DNA of 64,000 nt, taken from the NCBI GenBank assembly GCA_963722075.1, contig CAVRJM010000001.1, positions 192,001-256,000 on the forward strand, in the 5' to 3' direction. Origin of the DNA: Candidatus Babeliales bacterium. Lineage in GTDB: Bacteria > Babelota > Babeliae > Babelales > JANWKD01. A model generated the notes under the pieces. It was given only the letters and a program-made list of their open reading frames with translations. It was not told the DNA's origin and did not search any database. The translations under genes were made by a program, and so were the position numbers. Of the stretch, positions 29,800 to 37,478 are shown piece by piece. How positions within the stretch are numbered: position 1 is the stretch's first letter; each line of letters starts with the position of its first letter.

Positions 29800-32151
29800 C
29801 TATTTTGTTGTAGGATTGAGAATTCGTAATAATTGTAATAACGCTTCTCGCTGGTCTTCTTCGGTTTCCTGTTCCTGGTAACTTGCAGCCGACGAGTTGG
29901 TATGTAAAATATTTGATGGTTGTTGTGCATATAAGCCTATTATTTGGGCAGTATTACTTGTTGTTAATGTTGTTGTATTAGGATTTGTTGCAACTATATG
30001 TTCTTCTTGTTGTTCTGTGCGATTAGTTGTGTTGGTAGATGCTGCACCAATATCATGATAGTAGCTAAGATGTCTGTCTAAAAAATCCTGAAAGCTATAT
30101 GTATAGTTACCTGAGCATAAATGGCATGTAAATTGACCTTTATGATCATCGGCATGTTTATTGCGGCAATGGTGCTGGTAAGATTTATAAGTGACAAACG
30201 GTTTTAAACAAGCTGAACTGTATGCGCAATGGATATCTTCATTAATATGAGTTAGCATATGTGTTTTTATCCATTCGGTATTCGTTTCTATATTACAATT
30301 TTTGATAGTACAAATACATTTTTTATCTGAATTGGGCGCATCGATTGTATGTTCTTGTACCATATGGTTTATTAAATCTGGAAGTTTCTTAGTAACATGA
30401 CAATTTGGACACTTAAATATGTTACACTTCCATCTATCGGTTTGGTGATTATTGTGGTTAACGTCTATGGTTACTGTATTATTGGATTGTTGCTCAGGCC
30501 GTTGAGCTACTGTTGTTTCTTCTTCTTCAGGTTCTTCAGAGCGATTGATCAACTGTGTGGGTATTTCTCGAATACTTGCAGGGATAACATAATGGTTCTT
30601 ATGATATCGTGCCAAATGTATTATTAGTGAGGGAAGAAAGTTGAACGATATGTGGCATTCTTTATTAGGGCATATACGTTTTGTTTTCTCAGTGGCATGA
30701 ATTTTTTTAACATGGTTATTATGATTATCGAATGTGTGAAGTTCTTTTGAGCAGTACATGCAAGTAAAATTTTCTTTAATGTGTGTTTTCAAATGTTGCT
30801 TAATACTTCTCATTAATTGGTCACTATCATTGTTTACAAAGGTTTTATTACATTTGTTGCATTTATATTGTCCTTCAGATTTAATAGTGTGATCTTGTAA
30901 CATATGCTCTACTAATGCATAATATTTCATAGGGTTTTGTAAACATCCTGTGCAGGGGCAACTGAATAAGATAAAATAATGATAATCGTAGTACTCCTGC
31001 GGTGTATGGTAATAGGTAGAGCCCACTTGCGCGGGATCTAATGTTTTTGCAAAAAATGTCTTATAATTAGTATCATGATACCGTGCCATATGTATTATTA
31101 AAAAAGGAAGAAATGTTAACTTTAGGTTGCAATTTTGTTCAGGACATTGAAACGTGTTACTTTTAATGGCATGGTTATATTTACAATGTTTATAATACGT
31201 ACTTAATTTATAAAATTCTTCTGAGCAATACATACAAATGAAATGTTCGTTAATATATGTTTTCAGATGTTGTTTAGTATCTTTTATTAATTGCTTCTCA
31301 TTATTGTTTTCAATTGTTGTATGACATTTGTTGCACGTATATTGTCCTTCAGATTTAGTAGTATGATCTTGTAACATATGCTTTACCAATGCATAATATT
31401 TCATATTTTTGCTTGGGCATTTCAAGGGACAATCAAATGAAATAGAAAAATGATGGTCGTAATATTCTTGTGCTATTTTTTCTTCAAGATGAGTGGTGTT
31501 ATCCGTAGCAGACATCGTATTAGTAGTTATTACCGGTGGTGTTTGCTCTTCTTGCTGTGCTCTGGGATTAGATATATTAATAGGTGTTATGCTACGTTGT
31601 GCCACATCTTGATAGCTGCCTCTTTGTAAAGAGTCAGGAAACGTAAATGTATCGTTACTGCTTGGGCATTCAAATGTGTTAGACATACATCGATTAATTG
31701 TGGAATCACTACTATTATCAGTAACCATGGGGGTTAATGCGTTATTGTGTTGTTCAGCTTGCTCGGCTATTTCTTCAAGTTGGGTAAAAAAGTCATTTAA
31801 TTCTCCAAAGTCATCCATATTATAAATATCGTCATCTGCAAATATTGATTGAGGAGGCGTTAGTATGGTGGTATTGATATCATTATCAATTGATTCTTGC
31901 TGGTTATTAGTTGTACCATGACTCGTATTAGTTGAAGCATTTTGTATAGCTTCTGTTGGACGTTTTCTTTTACGGTAATTGTTTGTTCTAGTGGTGTTAT
32001 GGCGACTAGGCAATTGAAATGAATTAACCGGTGATTGTGCTAGTAATCGAGCAATAGGGGTTTGATTAGGTGAGGGATTAGGATCCTCCATTGCCCTAAA
32101 GGTAGTGGGTACTAAACTGATAATAAGTAAAAAAAAGCTCCATTTATTCAT
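29800..32151 (-). CDS. Secreted C2H2 zinc-finger protein (about 12 fingers as 3 four-finger cassettes) with NLS
   Basis: Same signal peptide as 28290; YRKRKR; acidic/aromatic DDDIYNMDDFGELNDFF; duplicated MKYYALV.HMLQDHT.KSEGQY.CNKC; LLQLLRILNP tail. Confidence 0.9.
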   Translation of the reverse strand: MNKWSFFLLIISLVPTTFRAMEDPNPSPNQTPIARLLAQSPVNSFQLPSRHNTTRTNNYRKRKRPTEAIQNASTNTSHGTTNNQQESIDNDINTTILTPPQSIFADDDIYNMDDFGELNDFFTQLEEIAEQAEQHNNALTPMVTDNSSDSTINRCMSNTFECPSSNDTFTFPDSLQRGSYQDVAQRSITPINISNPRAQQEEQTPPVITTNTMSATDNTTHLEEKIAQEYYDHHFSISFDCPLKCPSKNMKYYALVKHMLQDHTTKSEGQYTCNKCHTTIENNNEKQLIKDTKQHLKTYINEHFICMYCSEEFYKLSTYYKHCKYNHAIKSNTFQCPEQNCNLKLTFLPFLIIHMARYHDTNYKTFFAKTLDPAQVGSTYYHTPQEYYDYHYFILFSCPCTGCLQNPMKYYALVEHMLQDHTIKSEGQYKCNKCNKTFVNNDSDQLMRSIKQHLKTHIKENFTCMYCSKELHTFDNHNNHVKKIHATEKTKRICPNKECHISFNFLPSLIIHLARYHKNHYVIPASIREIPTQLINRSEEPEEEETTVAQRPEQQSNNTVTIDVNHNNHQTDRWKCNIFKCPNCHVTKKLPDLINHMVQEHTIDAPNSDKKCICTIKNCNIETNTEWIKTHMLTHINEDIHCAYSSACLKPFVTYKSYQHHCRNKHADDHKGQFTCHLCSGNYTYSFQDFLDRHLSYYHDIGAASTNTTNRTEQQEEHIVATNPNTTTLTTSNTAQIIGLYAQQPSNILHTNSSAASYQEQETEEDQREALLQLLRILNPTTK

Positions 32152-32224
32152 AAAGATATTCCTTTTTAAATAAAATCTATTATATACTATAATTTTATAT
32201 TAAATTTTCAATTTGTCAATAAAA
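32075..32224. repeat. 150-bp promoter+RBS+signal-peptide cassette, copy 2
   Basis: Near-identical to 29635-29784. Confidence 0.9.
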
Positions 32225-33283
32225 TAGGCGGTAATCTTTGGCCACCTCTTGTGGCACTGGGTTGAGAATCCGTAATAGTTGCAATAATGATTCGCGCTGC
32301 TGACTCTCCTCTTCTTCTTCTTGGTAGCTAACTGGTCGATCTGCAAATATTGATTGAGGAGGTGTTGGTGCTATTGTATTTCCATTATTATTGGCAATGG
32401 GGTCTGGAAATTCTAAATATTTTTCCCAATTATTGTTTTCATCGTCTAGGAGATTAGTCTCTTGTGTTGTTGTATTATTTTGCAATTGGCTATATCCGGT
32501 ATAAGTTTTGCAATGTTTTTTGAGGCCAGATTTAGTTTTGAAGGATTTTTTGCAATTTTCATGGGTACATTGGTGAGGTTTGCCATTATGTTCTTCTTTA
32601 ATATGAATAGAATATTTTATTGTAGATATAAAAATTTTATTGCAACCAATTGCAGGGCATTTGTAAGGATATGTTTGTGGAATTGGTGTTGATTTTCTTT
32701 TACGAGAATTGCTTATCATGAGAGTCGTATTATTTTGGGGTTGAGTAAGATTGTTTGATAAATTCATAAGGGCACTATCAATCGTATCATGATAAAGCGC
32801 TTTATGTATTGCTAAAATATGTCGATGTTTTGGTTTTGCGGGGCAGTAGCCTATCGGACATATCAGTTGCTGTGGGGTCGCCATATGCCTATGGTCTTGC
32901 GAGCAATGCTTGGAATAAGCATTAAGATTTGTAAATTTTTTATTACAATATATGCATATAATTGATAGTATAATATGGATCGTTAAATGGGACTGTAAAG
33001 TAGAATTGAGCATTGTATCACTAGAGAAATTTTTCTTGCAGAGGTTACAGGTAGCGGTATTATTAGAGCGGGTTGCATGACTTAGTTTCATATGCGCTAA
33101 TAATTCATGAAATTTCATTGGAGGTTTTATACAGTCGGAATCGGGGCACTTAAATGAGTTAACCCATTGCGCTGCTGGTTGGGTAACAGATGTTTGATTA
33201 GAAGTTGGGGGATTAGGATCCTCCATTGCCCTAAAGGTAGTAGGCAGTAAGCTAATCAGTAGAAAAAGACTCCATTTATTCAT
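32216..33283 (-). CDS. Secreted C2H2 zinc-finger protein (about 6 fingers) with NLS
   Basis: Start set at ATG 33283 (MNKWSLFLLISLLPTTFRA-MED); SRKRK; HNGKPHQC linker; LLQLLRILNP tail. Confidence 0.9.
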   Translation of the reverse strand: MNKWSLFLLISLLPTTFRAMEDPNPPTSNQTSVTQPAAQWVNSFKCPDSDCIKPPMKFHELLAHMKLSHATRSNNTATCNLCKKNFSSDTMLNSTLQSHLTIHIILSIICIYCNKKFTNLNAYSKHCSQDHRHMATPQQLICPIGYCPAKPKHRHILAIHKALYHDTIDSALMNLSNNLTQPQNNTTLMISNSRKRKSTPIPQTYPYKCPAIGCNKIFISTIKYSIHIKEEHNGKPHQCTHENCKKSFKTKSGLKKHCKTYTGYSQLQNNTTTQETNLLDDENNNWEKYLEFPDPIANNNGNTIAPTPPQSIFADRPVSYQEEEEESQQRESLLQLLRILNPVPQEVAKDYRLFY

Positions 33284-33449
33284 AAGAATATTCCTTAAAC
33301 AAAATCTATTATATATTATAATTTTAAGGTAAATTTTCAATTTGTCAATAAAATTACTCCAAAAGATTTAAGAATTTTGTTATCTATTGAGTACCTAAGT
33401 AGAGCCTGGGTTAGTAAGATATTTTGATCTTAATTTGTATTGCAATGTA

Positions 33450-34085
33450 TTAATAAGAATCAAAAAGCGCGGAGGGATTAGATGTGTTGATTAATGCCAA
33501 TAATCCTAAGAGTTCTTGTTGATGCTGTTTATAACTTTCCGATTGAGTTTCATATGTAGTTGGCGCAGTTGGCAAATTGTACTGATCATATTGTTTAATA
33601 GCTGCTGATAATGCAGCTATTTTATTTTTTATTTCTTGAGTATAACTGGTTGTTTCTTTTTCAATTTCTTTTGCCGTGGTGATTGGTAGTACATTGTTGT
33701 TAGTATCATCGTTGTCAAAAGTTAAGTGTATAAAATTCATAGTAGGTGTTTCATCAGTAAAATTATACGTTGTAGGACGACTTCGGGGTATGTTAACACA
33801 ATCTCGGGATTTATGTACGTTTAAGCTATGTTGATTAAAGAAGCTTTCCGAGCAGTCGGGGCAGCGATGATCTAACGTGCGATGATCTATTAAATGCCTT
33901 TTTAGATCTGAGTGATGAAAAAAACGCTTCGAGCAACTTACATACTTACATTGGTACTGTTTATGGTGAAAATCGTTAGCTGAACGCTTTCTTTTTTGAG
34001 GATCTTTTTGGTTTTCCATACTTATTAGAGAAAAATATGGAAAGCTCATACTAATAATAAATGCAAAAAATCTTCGTTTGCTCAT
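33450..34085 (-). CDS. Secreted C2H2 zinc-finger protein (2 fingers) with NLS
   Basis: Start set at ATG 34085 after AAGGAG; signal peptide then MEN; QKRKR; CKYVSCSKRFFHHSDLKRHLIDH; ELLGLLALIN tail. Confidence 0.85.
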   Translation of the reverse strand: MSKRRFFAFIISMSFPYFSLISMENQKDPQKRKRSANDFHHKQYQCKYVSCSKRFFHHSDLKRHLIDHRTLDHRCPDCSESFFNQHSLNVHKSRDCVNIPRSRPTTYNFTDETPTMNFIHLTFDNDDTNNNVLPITTAKEIEKETTSYTQEIKNKIAALSAAIKQYDQYNLPTAPTTYETQSESYKQHQQELLGLLALINTSNPSALFDSY

Positions 34086-34423
34086 AGGTGCTCCTTTCTG
34101 GACTATTTTTATCGATGTTAGAGTGGTGGCATCTTCTATAATAGCGTATTGATTATCCGCGAAGGAACAAATTGCATATTTGTAAATTATTTTAATGCGG
34201 CATACTCTGTAATAATTAATTGCAGCTGGATAAAAACGATAGCGCAATCGGAGAATCTTGCCGTGAATGTGTGTGTGCCCTATAAGCATTTAAATTGCTG
34301 GTTTATTTAAATGAGTAAGATTAGTTCTTTAAAATTTCCTTATCCATGGCATACTAGGCGTTGTTGAGTTTTTTTTAGGTAACAATTATAAGAAGTACTA
34401 CTTAACGTTTTAAAGATTGTTTT

Positions 34424-36154
34424 ATGAATAGCATTCAGGGACATAAATATCGCTGGAAATTGCCTACCATCGATCAACAAGAAACAATGGCAATAGCGGC
34501 ATCATATAATCTTTCGGCTCCTATTGCACAAACAGTATTGAGTCGTGGTTTTCTTTCTCCTGAGTCAATTAAATCGTATTTATTTACCTCATATGAAAAT
34601 GAGATAACACATCCTTCTTTATTAAAAGATGCTCAAAAAGCCGTCACTCGAATTATACATGCTCTTGAGCATAAAGAAAAAATATTAATCGCGGGTGATT
34701 ATGATGTTGATGGTATCACCTCTGCTTCTTTAATGATGATCTGCTTAGTGCCGCTGGGTGCTCACATTAATTTTTTTCTGCCGCATCGGGTGCGCGATGG
34801 GTATGGGCTTTCAACTAAGGTAGTAGAACGCGCAGCAGAAAATAATTATAAGGTTATTATTACGGTCGATAATGGTATTACTGCTTTTGAACCGGCTCAA
34901 AAAGCCAAGCAATTTGGTATTGATCTTATTATTACCGATCATCATAGGCCACATGATCAAGTGCCTGAGGCATTTGCTATTATTAATCCACACCAAAAAG
35001 ATTGTCCGTACCCGTATAAGAAATTTGCAGGAGTAGGGGTAGGTTTTAAGATTTTGTCGCTTTTATACGAACAACTCAAGTTGCCGCTTCCTCCCAAAGC
35101 ATACGAGTTGTTACTATTAGGAACCGTTGCCGATGTGGTTCCATTGACCGGAGAAAATCGCTATTGGGTGCGCCATGGTCTTTCATATATTAATAGTTAC
35201 GAAAGCTATTCGTTAAAAATTTTAAAAGAAAATGGTAAAGTAGTACGTACGCCCTTATCTGCAACTGATATTGGTTTCTCAATTACGCCTCAAATAAATG
35301 CCTTAGGACGATTAGAAGATCCGCGCGAAGGGGTAAAGTTTTTAATTGGTTCAGAAGTGAGTACGGTAGAGCGCGTTGGTAAGGTTCTCTTTGAACTTAA
35401 CCAAACACGTAAAGAAATTGAGCGTGCTGTTTTTTCGGACATAAAAAAAGAAATTGATAATGGTACTATTAACATTGAACATGAGCATATTATTATGGCA
35501 GCAAGTGCTGCATGGCCACCGGGCGTTATTGGCTTAGTAGCATCGCGCTTAGTAGGTGCCTATGGTAAGCCTACTATTTTATTTCATCTGACTAAAGAAG
35601 GTGTTGCCAAAGGCTCTTGTCGTTCTATTACAGAGTTTAATATTTTTGAAGCGTTGCAAGAGCAGCGTGAATTGCTGATCAACTTTGGCGGACATGCAGC
35701 GGCGGCGGGGCTTTCATTAGCGGTTGATAAAATTCCACTCCTTAAACAACGTCTTGAAGAACGTATACGCAGTAGTCTCACGCTTGAAGATTTACAACAG
35801 AAAATTGTATTGGATGCGCAGCTTAATTTACCCGATATAACTTCTAAATTTATGAAGGATATGGACTACTTGCAACCGTTTGGTCATGAAAACCCAGCGC
35901 CTGTTTTTTATCTTAAAAATGTCACCATGGTACAAGCACCTATTTTAATGAAAGATGCCCATGTAAAATGTGCGGTATTTGCTGAAGGAGTTATTAAGCC
36001 GTTAGTATTTTTTAATCGGCCTGAACTCTTTGAATATTTGCGCAATCATAGTGCCGATTCCTTTGATGTTGCTGTACAGGTAACCCAAAATCATTGGAAT
36101 AATAAAGTTACCTTAGAATTAATAGGAGTTGATATTGCATGCAGACAGGAATGA
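34424..36154 (+). CDS. recJ: ssDNA-specific exonuclease RecJ
   Basis: GDYDVDG, DGYGL, TVDNG, ITDHH, GTVADVVPL, GVIGLVASRL, KGSCRS, FGGHAAAAG. Confidence 0.97.
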   Translation: MNSIQGHKYRWKLPTIDQQETMAIAASYNLSAPIAQTVLSRGFLSPESIKSYLFTSYENEITHPSLLKDAQKAVTRIIHALEHKEKILIAGDYDVDGITSASLMMICLVPLGAHINFFLPHRVRDGYGLSTKVVERAAENNYKVIITVDNGITAFEPAQKAKQFGIDLIITDHHRPHDQVPEAFAIINPHQKDCPYPYKKFAGVGVGFKILSLLYEQLKLPLPPKAYELLLLGTVADVVPLTGENRYWVRHGLSYINSYESYSLKILKENGKVVRTPLSATDIGFSITPQINALGRLEDPREGVKFLIGSEVSTVERVGKVLFELNQTRKEIERAVFSDIKKEIDNGTINIEHEHIIMAASAAWPPGVIGLVASRLVGAYGKPTILFHLTKEGVAKGSCRSITEFNIFEALQEQRELLINFGGHAAAAGLSLAVDKIPLLKQRLEERIRSSLTLEDLQQKIVLDAQLNLPDITSKFMKDMDYLQPFGHENPAPVFYLKNVTMVQAPILMKDAHVKCAVFAEGVIKPLVFFNRPELFEYLRNHSADSFDVAVQVTQNHWNNKVTLELIGVDIACRQE

Positions 36155-36843
36155 TTATTACTATTGACGGTCCTGCTGCCAGTGGCAAATCATCGGCAGC
36201 ACGCGCGCTTGCACAAAAATTACACTATTATTACCTTAATAGCGGTATGTTATATCGTGCAGTGGGATATTGCTTACTAAACAATGCACGGGTGCCACTT
36301 GATGAGCTTGCTCATGCAGATGTGCGCCAGTATACAGCATGTTTACAAACACTGGAATACCATTACGATACTGCTACTGGTCTTATGAGCATCGTAATTG
36401 AAAAAAAAGAGGTAACTTCTTCTTTTTTAAAAGATCCGGTGATTGATCAAGCAGCTTCGTTGGTAGGTGAAAATAAAACAGTTCGAGTAGTACTATTACA
36501 TCTGCAACAACAAATTGGTTTGCGCCATCCTAACCTTATTGCTGAGGGGCGCGATGCCGGTTCTGTGGTTTTTCCGCAGGCAGAATTAAAATTTTTTTTA
36601 ACAGCGCAGCAAGATGTTCGTGCATTGCGTTGGCTTAATGAGCAGATTAATAAAGGGAACATGAATATTACTTTTGAGCAGGCATTACAGATGATTAAGG
36701 AACGAGATGAGCGTGATATTAATAGGCCTTACGCGCCGTTACATATAGCTGCTGATGATATTGTTATTGATAATTCATCTATGGATTTGGCACAAACGAT
36801 TAATACCATTCTTACGATTATTCATAAGCATGAAAGTGCATAA
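36151..36843 (+). CDS. cmk: Cytidylate kinase
   Basis: ITIDGPAASGKSS, SGMLYRA, AEGRDAGSVVFP.AELKFFLTA, ERDERD. Confidence 0.95.
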   Translation: MIITIDGPAASGKSSAARALAQKLHYYYLNSGMLYRAVGYCLLNNARVPLDELAHADVRQYTACLQTLEYHYDTATGLMSIVIEKKEVTSSFLKDPVIDQAASLVGENKTVRVVLLHLQQQIGLRHPNLIAEGRDAGSVVFPQAELKFFLTAQQDVRALRWLNEQINKGNMNITFEQALQMIKERDERDINRPYAPLHIAADDIVIDNSSMDLAQTINTILTIIHKHESA

Positions 36844-36878
36844 AAAAAGGGGAAGTGAATGACACTTCCCCTTTTTTT
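36842..36878. terminator. Bidirectional intrinsic terminator
   Basis: A7-GGGGAAGTG-AATGA-CACTTCCCC-T7 between convergent genes. Confidence 0.85.
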
Positions 36879-36900
36879 CATAACAGATAAAAATCTATTA

Positions 36901-37401
36901 TTACATGGTTTCTTCAGCCATAGCAGGTGCTGGAGCGCGTCCGCCATTTTTCATAGCTTTGCGTGCAGCTTTTGCTTGAGCTTCTTGTTGTAATTGTGCA
37001 TTATGATCTGCCCAACGGCTGTCTAAATAACGAATCTGTTTTCCTGTTTTTTCAACATGTTCCATAACGCCAGGGTGAACTGGTTTATGATAGGTAGGTT
37101 TGTTTTGGTAAACTGCAGGTGAGGTGCCAACGGGACAGGTTGCTGGTTCAGCAGATTTTCTACCACCACGTGTACCGCGTTCACGGTATACATTTTGGCG
37201 CCATCCTTGTTGTTCTTCATAACCTATAAGTTCTTTACCATCATTGCAACCATCATCATAACAACCTTCATCACAATAATCATCATAATAATCATCGCAA
37301 TAATTCTCACATGGTGCTTCACACGTTCTACGACAGCACCAACAGCCAGGAAGTGCTAGAATGCTGCCTATGCAGACAAGCGCCAATAACAATTTCTTCA
37401 T
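36901..37401 (-). CDS. Cysteine-rich lipoprotein
   Basis: AGGAG RBS; lipobox LPG-C; WCCRRTCEAPCENYCDDYYDDYCDEGCYDDGC. Confidence 0.7.
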   Translation of the reverse strand: MKKLLLALVCIGSILALPGCWCCRRTCEAPCENYCDDYYDDYCDEGCYDDGCNDGKELIGYEEQQGWRQNVYRERGTRGGRKSAEPATCPVGTSPAVYQNKPTYHKPVHPGVMEHVEKTGKQIRYLDSRWADHNAQLQQEAQAKAARKAMKNGGRAPAPAMAEETM

Positions 37402-37478
37402 ACAATCTCCTTAGAAGATATTGGTTAAACATTTTCTGCACATAATGTAGTAAAAAAATAGGGATAAATGCAAGTCCT

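Noticed and set aside
24260..34085. Eukaryotic contamination as the source of the zinc-finger genes
   Set aside because: No introns; bacterial RBS, sigma70 promoters and signal peptides; the genome's own repeat family occurs at 25289 and the junction with lysS is seamless. Read-level confirmation is still advisable
34086..34289. 68-aa N-terminal extension of the last zinc-finger ORF (similar extensions on rpsI, tolR and 41623)
   Set aside because: A downstream ATG with an RBS, signal peptide or family-typical start is more plausible
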